Below, one piece after another: positions 41,479 through 52,834 of a DNA stretch of 64,000 nucleotides; positions within the stretch are counted from its first letter, which is position 1; the number at the start of each line of letters is the position of its first letter. The notes under the pieces are model-generated. The model had not been told where the DNA came from and did not search any database. It was given only the letters and a program-made list of their open reading frames with translations. This DNA comes from Eledone cirrhosa. Lineage: Eukaryota. The position numbers and the translations under genes were made by a program. The stretch spans positions 1,674,001-1,738,000 of the forward strand of contig OZ024741.1 of assembly GCA_964016885.1 (NCBI GenBank). Reading direction: 5' to 3'.

Positions 41479-41670
41479 AGGGCAGTGGATTGGCAGTATC
41501 GGTAGCGGGTCGAACGCCATGCTTTGACTCAAAGAGTTACGACCCTTGCCATTCTGAGTTCAAATCCCGCCAAGGTTAACTTTGCCTTTCATCCTTACGG
41601 GGTCGATAACATAAAGTACCAGTAATGCACTGGGTAATTGCTGGCCTTGTGCCAAAAAGTAGAAACAATT
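41479..41670 (+). mobile_element. tRNA-derived SINE with Nin/Deu-like central domain
   Basis: A box TGGCAGTATCGG, B box GAGTTCAAATCC, then GTTAACTTTGCCTTTCATCCTTACGGGGTCGATAACATAAAGTACC. Confidence 0.8.
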
Positions 41671-41704
41671 ACTACTTTATATCTTGCCTTCACACAATAT
41701 TCAC

Positions 41705-43301
41705 TTGGTCAAGCTGGGGTTGATTGGTCAAGTTGGTGTTGATTGGTCAAGCTAGCGTTGATTGGTCAAGCTGGCGTTTATTGGCCAAGCTGGGGTTGAT
41801 TGGTCAAGCTGGCGTTTATTGGCCAAGATGGCGTTGATTAGTCAAGCTGGTCTTGATTGGTCAAGCCCCCGTCGATAAACCAGTTAAATTGTGACAACTA
41901 ATTTTTATCAGAAAAGTTTACTGTTATCAACTTTAAATATTATTTAGTGTAATAAAGTAAAATAACGAGTTGTGTTGGAAGAGTTTTGATGTGTCGAAAC
42001 ATCGGTGTCATTGATCTGTAGAAACATGGATGTTATTGATCTGTAGAAACATGGATGTTATTGATTTGTAGAAACATGGATGTTATTGATCTGTAGAAAC
42101 ATGGATGTTATTGATTTGTAGAAACATGGATGTTATTGATTTGTAGAAACATGGATGTTATTGATCTGTAGAAACATGGATGTTATTGATTTGTAGAAAC
42201 ATGGATGTTATTGATTTGTAGAAACATGGATGTTATTGATTTTGTAGAAACATGGATGTTATTGATCTGTAGAAACATAGATGTTATTGATTTGTAGAAA
42301 CATGTCATTGATCTGTAGAAACATAGATGTTATTGATCTGTAGAAACATGGATGTTATTGATCTGTAGAAGCATGGATATTATTGATCTCTGGTTTAATT
42401 GGTTTTGTTTTGTTGTCTTGTTTTGTATTTCTTTTTCTATTAATTTGAAGTCTACAGATCAATAACATCCATGTTTCTACAAATCAATAACATCCATGTT
42501 TCTACAGATCAATGACATGTTTCTACAAATCAATGACATCCATGTTTCTACAGATCAATAACATCGATGTTTCTACAAATCAATAACATCCATGTTTCTA
42601 CAAATCAATGACATCCATGTTTCTACAAATCAATAACATCCATGTTTCTACAAATCAATGACATCGATGTTTCTACAAATCAATAACATCCATGTTTCTA
42701 CAAATCAATAACATCCATGTTTCCACAAATCAATGACATCCATGTTTCTACAGATCAATAACATCCATGTTTCTACAAATCAATAACATCCATGTTTCTA
42801 CAGATCAATAACATCCATGTTTCTACAAATCAATAACATCCATGTTTCTACAGATCAATAACATCCATGTTTCTACAGATCAATAACATCCATGTGTCTA
42901 CAAATCAATAACATCCATGTTTCTACAGATCAATAACATCCATGTTTCTACAGATCAATGACACCGATGTTTCGACACATCAAAACTCTTCCAACACAAC
43001 TCGTTATTTTACTTTATTACACTAAATAATATTTAAAGTTGATAACAGTAAACTTTTCTGATAAAAATTAGTTGTCACAATTTAACTGGTTTATCGATTG
43101 GAGCTTGACCAATCAAGACCAGCTTGACCAATCAACGCCATCTTGGCCAATAAACGCCAGCTTGACCAATCAACCCCAGCTTGGCCAATAAACGCCAGGT
43201 TGACCAATCAACCCCAGCTTGACCAATCAACGTCAGCTTGACCAATCAACCCCAGCTTGACCAATCAACCCCAACATAACCAAGCAACGCCAGCTTGACC
43301 A
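41705..43301. mobile_element. Foldback-type long inverted repeat with 19-bp and 25-bp internal tandem domains
   Basis: Left arm 41705-~42389 is the reverse complement of right arm ~42451-43301; the unique domain ~41873-42010 matches ~42958-43097; ~60-bp T-rich spacer. Confidence 0.9.
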
Positions 43302-43520
43302 GGGGTGGTAGTGGTGGTGGTGGTAGTGGTGGTGGTAGTGGTGGTGATGCTGGTAGTAGTTGTGGTGGCGGCGTTGGTGGTATTGGTGGTGGTGGTGGTG
43401 GTAATGGTGTTAGTGATGGTGGTGTTAGTGGTGGTGGTGGTAGTGGTGGCGGTTGTGGTAGTGGTGGTGGTGGTAGTGTTGTTGTTGTTAGTAGTGGTGG
43501 TGGTGGTGGTGAGGTGTAGT
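43302..43520. repeat. (GGT)n-based microsatellite
   Basis: Direct inspection. Confidence 0.95.
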
Positions 43521-43841
43521 TAACGTTGCGATGATTCATGTTCTCCTAATTGAGACGAAAGCGTTTGTGACTGGTTATACTGATGAGGTCACGTGGGGCA
43601 GCGATTCACGGGGAATAGCAAACAACGGTACAACTACATTCACAAACACACACACATACACATACACACTCATACTCACACATACACAGACATACACATA
43701 CATACACACACATACATACACACACACTCACACGCGTACCCCCCACATATATATATATATAAGTATGTATAAGTGTGGTAGGAACCCGGGGGACCATATC
43801 GCACCAGGGTACTCGATACTTTGGGTAGTAGAGTGGGTAAT

Positions 43842-43950
43842 AGGAAAAGAGTCTGAACCCCGACGGCAGAGCTCAAGCCGTTTCCACGGCTATTCTAATT
43901 CTAGAAATAGCCGTCGAAACGGCTTGAGCTATGCCGTGGGGGTCCTGACT

Positions 43951-43957
<7 letters not shown>
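43842..43957. other. Near-perfect hairpin / short palindrome
   Basis: 43863-43894 is complementary to 43906-43937 (30 of 32 positions); imperfect extension to AGGAAA...TTTCCT. Confidence 0.85.
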
Positions 43958-44033
<76 letters not shown>

Positions 44034-44055
44034 GTATATATATTATATACGTATA

Positions 44056-47000
44056 TGATGGCTGCAAACTCGTGTTCGAGCATTGTCATCGCTCGATAAA
44101 ATGCTAAAAAATGTGAAGCACGAATGTGGCTCTTTATACCAGCCAAAGTCTTCCACCCTCTGGCACATATACAACAACTGTAGGCTCCTCCGGGACTTTC
44201 CATTACTTTGTTCTGGCTCTGTGTTCTCGTGTATCTTTTAAGACCTCCCATGCTAGTACATTCCTTGCCACATTCCTGACAACTTTTCAGATCATAATCT
44301 ACATGAGGTCTACTGATATGACTGTTCATGTCTAGTCAAACCAGCTTTACTCAGGTATACTCAACCATAGTGCTGGCAAACCAGATGTTGTTCAACAGCA
44401 GACAGTTCAGAACAGTCTCTTTTCCTTACCTTCCATTTCAGTGTAAGGTGTTCTCTGAGACGAGTTTGAAAATGTTCACTACCTGACTTGATCAAACGTC
44501 TCCACTTCATACGCTCCTCAGCCATTTTCTCCCATTTGTCCGATTAAATTCCAGCACAAGCCAAGGTGCCCCTGACACAGTCCCGCTACCGCAATTTTGG
44601 TTTGTGTGGTGGTCGCCTTCCTTCACACACTTCTCAGTAGAGAAGTTGCTTTGGAATGCCATCATCAAACATCCAGACCACGTGTCCACACCACCTCAAC
44701 CGGTGCCGAAAGATCAGTCTCTCTATAGTCACGCACCTGCCCCGTTCAAGTCTTCCAAATCACTGACTATTATCTTCCATCGCACCCCAAATAACTTATG
44801 AAGAGATTATTGGTGAAACCTTTCCAGTTCCTTGAGGTGCTTTCTGTATGTGACCCACGTTTCACAAACATAAAGCAAAGAGGAGACGGCACAAGTCACT
44901 TTTACGTTGGTTTAGATAGTGATACTTCATCTGGACCATAAACATTCATGCAGTCGTCCAAAATCATTACTGGCTTTCTTGATTCTTAAGGATATCTCAT
45001 CATCAAGTGTGCATGAATTGTTCAACGTACTACCAAGGTACACAAACTCATCAGTAACTTTTAGCCGCTTTCCGTATTCGTACACACTTGGTGTAGTGTA
45101 CTCTTTTCCAGGTGCTGGCTGATACATCACAACAGTCTTTTCCATGCTTATTGTGAGGCCCAAAGTGCTGCAAGCTTCAGAAAAAGAGTTCATAATATGC
45201 TGCATGTCACTTTGTGAGTGTGCAAAAAGATCGCAGTCATCTGCATACAAAACCTCTCGGATTATAGATATAAATATCTTTGTGCTTGCACCAAAGCGCC
45301 TGATGTTGAACAACCTTCCTGAAGTACGATACCTGATGTAAACCCCATGCGAACAATTCTTCCTGAATGCCATGGGAAACACTATCGTAAAATATAAGGA
45401 AAACAGAGTTGGAGCCGGAATGTCCCCTGCTTCACTCCATTTTCAACTAATATTAGTTCAGAGATGCTACCACCAATACTGAACCAAGCCATCATGTCAT
45501 CATGAAAAAGACGCAGAATCTTCACAAACTTTGGAGGGCAGCCAAGCTTTTCCAAAATTTTCAACAATGCAGTTCGATTGACGGTGTCAAGGGCCTTTGT
45601 CAAGACAACAAAGACCTGGTAAAGGTCCATACATTGTTCGATACACTTTTCTTGCAGCTGCCGAGCAGAAAAGATCATATCAACTGTTCCTCTTTCGTTT
45701 TTGAACCCACACTGCGACTCAGGCAACACATTCAGAGCAACCCCTTAGATCAATCTATCGATCAAAATTCGACACATGAATTTACCAACTACTGAAAGAA
45801 GTGATATGCCACGATAATTGCCACATTTGTCCTTGCCACCCTTTCCTTTATGGAGAATCACAATGAGTGCATCCTTCCAATCTTGTGGGACATTCTCATC
45901 TTCCCACCCCTTTTTCATGAGGTCAGTCAGGCGCTGCGTGAAGTTTTCACCACCGCACTTCAAAACCTCTGCACTCAGACCATCCCTCCCAGGAGACTTA
46001 CCACAGTTCAGCTTATGCACAGCAGGAGTCACCTCTGCAAGAGAAGGTACATCAGCCATCTCATGTTTCACTGGTTCAATAGGAATGGAACAAATGAAAT
46101 TATCATCAACCTGACGAGTATGTCTTTTGGATCGCGCAGTAACTGATTGCCATCTTTTGATCTCAACGGTGTCACTGGTGAGCTGAAAAGACCATACACC
46201 TCTCTGAGTAGAGTGCACAGCAGTTACACATTGTTGCCATCAGATGCTGCTTGAACCTCATCTGCTCTGTTGCTCCACCAGGTATTTTGCATGGCATTGA
46301 GTTTCACCTGCACCTCCTTCTTTACCTGTCTGTAATCTCATAATTGTCACCAACAGAGCTACCACCTTTAAGAACGGCATCCAGTGCCTTTTGCTTTCTG
46401 TCCAGCAAAGCCTTGACCTCCCGGTCATTCTCATCAAACCAGTCCTTGTGTTTTCTTGTGACAAAGCCAAGGACCTCAGCTGAAGTCTCATAGACCGAGC
46501 TGCTGAAGTCATTCCAGTTGTTCGCACAATCAATGCTTTCAAGCCTGTGTCACGGCTCTTCCTTGACACCCTTATCTTTCACATGATATATTCAAGTGCT
46601 TTGGAATTTTGACTCCATTTGCGCTTGTTTGAGGCGTGATCACAAAGTTTGCCTTGGCGTGCACCAGACGATGGTCAGTCCAGTACTTTGCGCCACGCAG
46701 AACACGCACATGCTTGCTATCCTGCATGTCACGTTCCTTCACAGGAAGATAATCGATCAGATGCCAAACCTTCGACAAAGGGAGCATCCCTGTTGTCTTG
46801 AACTTATCGTTTTGATGGAACATCGTGCTTGCAATGAACAAATCTAACTCCACATACATCTGTAGCAAGAGGAGACCATTGCTGTTAGATTTCCCTATGC
46901 CATATCTGCCGATCACATCCTAAGTCTCATAATCCCCAACGCGTGCATTGAAATCACCAAGTACGACAATTTTGTCTGCTGAAGGAATCTTTTTGACAAG

Positions 47001-47238
47001 TTCCTTCAAAGACCAGTAAAAGGTGAGTTTCTCGTCTTCATTGGAGTTCATTGTCGGGGCATATACACTGACAATGGTGAGGTAGTGATTGTACATCAGA
47101 AGAATTCTCATTGATATCAGACGATCACTGATGCCACTTGGAAACTGGTCAAGTGTCGAAACCAAAGACGTTTTCACTGCAAATGCCACACTTGCCTCCC
47201 TTTTGCATCCTGCTACTCTGCCACTCCAGTAAAAAGTG
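44056..47238 (-). mobile_element. Decayed RTE-clade LINE (AP endonuclease, RT, C-terminal C2H2-like fingers), 5'-truncated
   Basis: Fragments TFYWSG, VSVYAPT, LGDFNARVG, WTDH, NYRGISLL, LPESQCGF..RQLQEKC, LYADD, FVYLGS, CxxCx12HxxxxH; many stops and frameshifts; ends GCCATCAT at a (TA)n tract. Confidence 0.92.
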
Positions 47239-47690
47239 TTTATTCAAATCGATCAGGCGATGCCTGTGCTTGAAATATTTTTAAGTGAAGAAAAGCGTTG
47301 CAGAGAACTAATTTCACTCTTTAAGCATGGAGAGCATGTATCGAAAAGAAGAACTGGTCAACATTATCGGGTGCCCTCGACACCGCAGGTGTTTATTCGG
47401 AGTTTCCCTCTCCTAGAGAAGTGCTGTGACAACAGCTAAGGGTGCAACTCACTCCCAGCGAGCTATCTGCGCGCCTGGGTGCCAACCCAGATATTTCCTG
47501 TCCCCGCGCACACGTGTAAACACCGTAAAAAAAGTTAAAATGTATATGCAAAAGCACACTCTTGTACATCCGAGGATATATAAGAGAGACGAAGGGTTTA
47601 AATGTTTTAAAAAGCTTTTTAAAAAGTTAAGAATTTAAGAGTTAAAAGAATTAAAAATGTATACAAAAATGTATACGTGAGCAAACAGAA

Positions 47691-47966
47691 CCCAAGGATA
47701 TATCAAATATACACCCAAGGATATATCAAATACACACAGAAGGATATATCAAACAGACACCCAAGGATATATCAAATATACACCCAAGGGTATAAGAAAT
47801 ATACACCCAAGGGTATAAGAAATATACACCCAAGGATATATCAAATATACACGTAAGGATATATCAAATATACACGTAAGGATGTATCAAATATACACCT
47901 AAGGATATATCAGACAGACACCCAAGGATATATCAAACAGACACCCAAGGATATATCAAATATACA
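47691..47966. repeat. 23-bp minisatellite CCCAAGGATATATCAAATATACA, ~12 copies
   Basis: Units start at 47691, 47714 and onward. Confidence 0.92.
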
Positions 47967-48034
47967 CAGACAAAAAGAAAATGCATATACAGGTAGAGTA
48001 CTCACACACCCACACACACATATACATGATAATT

Positions 48035-48228
48035 GGATATCCGTTGACTCTATTGAGTTCCTCCGCCTTTTGTCGAGTTTTGTTTTTCATCCCGTGTGGT
48101 GTCCAAATACCAGCCTCCTCACCAAGCAAACTCGGTGAGGTTGCCGGTTTAGTCGCCGACAACCCGACCATGCAACAGGTTGTACTGGATTACATGTTAC
48201 CGGTAGCGCTCAAGAGCAACCTAACACA
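48035..48228 (-). mobile_element. Probable isolated 5' leader of an RTE-type LINE
   Basis: GC-richer island between microsatellites with hairpins CCTCACC..GGTGAGG and ACAACC..GGTTGT; GGCGACTAAACCGGCAACC..AAAAGGCGGAGGAA recalls RTE 5' UTRs (from memory). Confidence 0.4.
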
Positions 48229-48559
48229 ATACATATATATAAGTATACATAAACACACACACACATATATATATGTATTGTTATACTTTGGGAGTGTCAT
48301 GCTGCCAATCAAAACATACGCACCTGTTGGTTTGTTCGATAACCAGATGGTTGTTTATATATTGTCAAAGCTCTTTCGTCTCACATTCTGTGACAACAAC
48401 AAGATGGTGTAGGACAGAACAAAGGAGAGACACAACATAAAAACTTAGTCATTGAGGAGGTCACGGAATGTGTGAGGAAAGAGCTTTGACAATATATAAA
48501 CAAGTATAACAATATCTGTTTCAACACACGTTTAGATTGGCGTGGTAAATAAATATATA

Positions 48560-49100
48560 CATATACACCATGTCCGAACACAATGGAACTGTGTCACTGT
48601 CACTGCTTTCGTCTCTCCCGCTTCCCCCATCTCTCACTATTATAAGCAATTGGGAACCCACGCGCTGGACTCTCCGCGGCCCCCGGCCGACAGAATAGAG
48701 AAGGTGCTTCCTCGGAGGCTGGTGAGGGAAACACGTTGGAAACACCATTCCAGTGCTTCCCCGGAGGCTGGTGAGGGAAACACGCTGGAAACACCATTCC
48801 AGTGCTTCCCCGGAGGCTGGTGAGGGAAACACGTTGGAAACACCATTCCAGTGCTTCCCCGGAGGCTGGTGGGGGAAACACGCTGGAAACACCATTCCAG
48901 TGCTTCCCCGGAGGCTGGTGGGGGAAACACGCTGGAAACACCATTCCAGTGCTTCCCCGGAGGCTGGTGGGGGAAACACGTTGGAAACACCATTCCAGTG
49001 CTTCCCCGAAGGCTGGTGGGGGAAGCACGCTGGAAGCACCATTCCAGTGCTTCCCCGGAGGCTGGTGGGGGAAGCACGCTGGAAGCACCATTCCAGTGCT
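48560..49100 (-). mobile_element. Third CRE-type relic: 3' UTR plus C-terminal coding segment amplified as 8 x 49 bp
   Basis: LEWCFQRVSLTSLRGSTFSILSAG versus LEWLFQRVSLAVLRGNAFSILSAG at 26808-26879; shares its 3' UTR with 27818-27920. Confidence 0.8.
48704..49100. repeat. 49-bp minisatellite, 8 copies
   Basis: Unit GTGCTTCCCCGGAGGCTGGTG(A/G)GGGAAACACG(C/T)TGGAAACACCATTCCA at 48704, 48753, 48802, 48851 and onward. Confidence 0.96.
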
Positions 49101-49633
49101 ACTTCTAAGTGATCATATATCTACTAGACTTCACAGCCAATATCTTCGCATCACATCCTAATTTCATTAAAAAAGACAATTTTCTAACTTAGTTATATAG
49201 TAGTAGATTCAATTTCGGTGATAAACACATTTTGACTAGAAGACTTAATCCGTTACTCAGTTTAATAACACCACATGGCTCTTTGAAACCTTTAATGAAG
49301 TTCATTCCTTGCTTAGCATTCAAACCTTTTGTCTCAGGATAATTTCATCCCTTTCTCCCACCACCTCGGTTTACTCCGGAAATATTCATGAGTTTTGAGT
49401 TTCATAATTTGGCTAAAACTGGGGGAGGTGAACTGGCCAACTGCAAAACACTAAAATAGAGGAATTGTCAGGAAAGTATTAAATGTGGGCTATATTATAA
49501 AGTTGATCTACAATAAAAAAATTAAAAAAAGAATAAATCTGCACAGAATTGCAGCTAATACGATATTTCGTATTATTAATGCCATAGTTAGGTCTTGAGC
49601 TCATTTCAGGTTTCATATTCACGCTTATAATAT

Positions 49634-49862
49634 TGAGGTAGCGAGCTTTGCAGAATCAGCAGAGAATCGGGTTGATTTCTCTGGATTATGTTTAACCTTC
49701 TCTCTGAATTCAAACCCTACCGAGGTCTATTTTGTATTTTCCCTTCCTTTCGGGATGAATTAAGTACCAGTCTTGGAACACTAGACCGGCAGAATTGTTA
49801 AAGAGTCGGATGTGGTACTTTGCAGTATTTAATCTGTGTGTCTTCAAAGTTCAAATCCCAGC
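49634..49862 (+). mobile_element. Degenerate SINE copy followed by a second SINE head
   Basis: GAATTCAAACCCTACCGAGGTC...CCTTTCGGGATGAATTAAGTACCAGT, then GGCAGAATTGTTA...AGTTCAAATCCC. Confidence 0.55.
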
Positions 49863-50089
49863 TATTTTTTCCAGGAATTGCGATTGGAAAATAGTATCGG
49901 ATATTTTAAATATCAATAGAAGTTTCCTTGGTTCGATCTGACAATTGGTTCCTTTCCTTTATTTCGGGCTTAAATTTCAGCTTCTCAATACAATGTTTCA
50001 TACTTTAAGTTTCCTTTCTCAATACAACTGTTTAGGCCGTTGAAGTCCTCTGACAGGGCAAATAAATGCAGATAATTGTTGAACAACCC

Positions 50090-50417
50090 AACAATGTCCC
50101 TTGTGAAGGGGCGCTACAGGAAAGGGGGTAACAATGTCCCGTGTGAAGGAGAGCTACAGGAAAGGAGGGTAACGATGTCCCTTGTGAAAGAGAGCTACAG
50201 GAAAAAGGGGGGTAACAATGTCCCTTGTGAAGGGGAGCTACAAGAAGGGGGAGGTAACAATGTCACATGTGAAGGGGAGCTACAGGAAAGGAGGGTAACA
50301 ATGTCCCTTGTGAAAGGGAGCTACAGGAAAAAGGGGGGTAACAATGTTCCTTGTGAAGGGGAATTACAGGCAAGGGGGTAACAATGTCACTTGTGAAAGG
50401 GAGCTACAGGAAAAGGG
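50090..50417. repeat. Purine-rich 40-43-bp minisatellite, 8 copies
   Basis: AC(A/G)ATGT units at 50091, 50131, 50172, 50215, 50257, 50298, 50341, 50381. Confidence 0.93.
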
Positions 50418-50491
50418 CGCCTCTTGCTGTTGTCAACGTTGATTATTATAATTCTTAATGTTTACCTAGTGTGTTGTTGTAGTTGTTATTG

Positions 50492-50492
50492 T

Positions 50493-50563
<71 letters not shown>

Positions 50564-50616
50564 TACTACTACTACTACTACTATAACAACAACAACAGCA
50601 ACTACAATTACTACTG

Positions 50617-50668
<52 letters not shown>

Positions 50669-50737
50669 AACTACTACTGCTACTACTACTACTGCTGTTA
50701 CTACTACTACCAACACCATCACTACTACTACTACTAT

Positions 50738-50788
<51 letters not shown>

Positions 50789-50865
50789 CACCACCACCAT
50801 CACTACTACTATTACTACTACTACTACTACTACCACCACCACCACGACCACCATCACTACTACTA

Positions 50866-50928
<63 letters not shown>

Positions 50929-50937
50929 TTACTACCA

Positions 50938-51009
<72 letters not shown>

Positions 51010-51080
51010 ATGTTATTATTGTTAATGTTGCTACTATTACTATTGTTATTTTCACCATCACTACCATCATCACCATCATC
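50492..51080. repeat. (CTA)n/(CCA)n microsatellite
   Basis: Direct inspection. Confidence 0.96.
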
Positions 51081-51280
51081 TGTTGTAGCACGATGTGCGC
51101 ATGTGCATGCACGTGTGTATGCAAATATGTGCATGTGGTCTCTCATAGATATTTATACTCACACACACGCGGTGTCACACACACGTACTCTCTGTCTCCC
51201 TCACACACACACACACACACACAGAGTTGTAGTGCACGTGAGCACTGTACACAATAATTTCATTATTATTTTATATTATA

Positions 51281-52475
51281 CTAGCAGTAAAGCCCGGCGT
51301 TGCTCGGGGTCGCTCAGTAGCTGTGTTAAAGTTACAATGTTAAGTTTCTTTCTTGGCTTAAAAACTGTAGTGTCTACTGTGAAGACTTGCATGTGGTGTT
51401 TTTGATTAATATTCCCTCAACCAACAATATGCCTTATGAAGTTAAGAAAACATAACGATAACCCGAATGTTATAACAAAAGAGGATGCTGGGGATAGAAA
51501 CTGCACTGGTTATTTATTAACAAAGATCGAAAATGTAAACACTGCAACGCAGAGAAAAACATTAGCGTAACCAAATTATCAGTTACTAGCAGTAAAGCCC
51601 GGCGTTGCTCGGGGTCGCTCAGTAGCTGTGTTAAAGTTACAATGTTAAGTTTCTTTCTTGGCTTAAAAACTGTAGTGTCTACTGTGCAGACTTGCATGTG
51701 GTGTTTTTGATTAATATTCCCTCAACCAACAATATGCCTTATGAAGTTAAGAAAACATAACGATAACCCGAATGTTATAACAAAAGAGGATGCTGGGGAT
51801 AGAAACTGCACTGGTTATTTATTAACAAAGATCGAAAATGTAAACACTGCAACGCAGAGAAAAACATAGGCGTAACCAAATTATCAGTTATGTCTGTCTG
51901 CACGCCTATATCACCTCTCTGCACGACTGTCTGTCTGCACGCCTATATCACGTCTCTGCACGACTATCTGTCTGCACGCCTATATCACCTCTTTGCACGA
52001 CTGTCTGTCTGCACGCCTAACGAAATTTACAGATACATATATTTTATATAAACTTATATAATTTTTGCTTTTTTTTACGAAATATTTGCTTGTTTTAAGT
52101 AGTTTTTAAATAGACTTGTTTGCAAGTAAAAATATTGTTTTAAAAGGCTTGTTTTACGTAGTCTTTAAATCGTGTATTGTGTTAATGTCATTTTAAACGC
52201 TGAGAAAGCCAGCGTAATTTTTTTAATTTTTGCACGCAGACGCTCAATGTAAACAGAACAAAGGGAAATAACTGATCACTTACGCTCAAAAATCGATACA
52301 TTATGTTCGATTTCGTCACATAGGGTGGGTCAATTTGAAATTATTTTTTTTCCGATGTCTTCGCTAGGGCTCAATGTACAAGTATAGCAATTTCGGTGCA
52401 ATTCCGTGAGAGATTCTAAGAGGAGATGTGTGCCAAAAATCGATAGACAGACAACCACAGTTTTATATATATAGA
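51281..52475 (-). mobile_element. Non-autonomous Helitron with duplicated 3' terminus
   Basis: Minus strand: A|TCTATATATATAAAA start, subterminal hairpin CCCGAGCAACGCCGGG, CTAG|T end; internal 37-bp repeat at 51891-52018. Confidence 0.85.
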
Positions 52476-52599
52476 TATATATATATAGATATATATATAT
52501 ACTGTGATGTTAAGTTTTCAATACATATTTAATATGCATGAAGATCATGTTTCTTAATAAATAAGCTCACTGACAGCTCGGCACTGATACTATGGATAT

Positions 52600-52834
52600 A
52601 TATACTAAGAATCGTAGGACAGTTTTTATGGGCAAAACCAACAGACAGGAGACTCGTGGGTAGACCCGAAGCAAGATGGTTGGGAAACATCCATAAGATT
52701 GGCTGGTCTCCCTTGAAGATCCATATAGATCAGTTGGAGGTGGTTGTTTCTGACAGGACCCGCTGGAAGGAGTACTTGAGGATTCTGGCCCACGACCCTC
52801 ACATGATTAAGTGGGCGAAGAAGAAGAAAAAGAA
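52600..52834 (+). mobile_element. 3' fragment of an RTE-type LINE
   Basis: Translates ETRGRPEARWLGNI...SDRTRWK, the typical RTE C-terminal RGRPxxRW..DRxxW pattern, followed by a (GAA)n tail. Confidence 0.6.

Noticed and set aside
41479-41575. tRNA gene
   Set aside because: A and B boxes are present but there is no cloverleaf; it continues into a SINE body with several copies in the window.
43550-43600. Hammerhead motifs GAAA...CTGATGAG
   Set aside because: Stems I and III and a cleavage triplet cannot be formed; more likely part of a decayed interspersed repeat.
48704-49100. CRISPR-like array or repeat-protein gene
   Set aside because: No spacers; the unit derives from the CRE-type coding relic and 49 is not a multiple of 3.
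50424-51405. Mucin-like poly-Thr or poly-Ser ORFs
   Set aside because: Translation of a (CTA)n tract with no splice or domain support.
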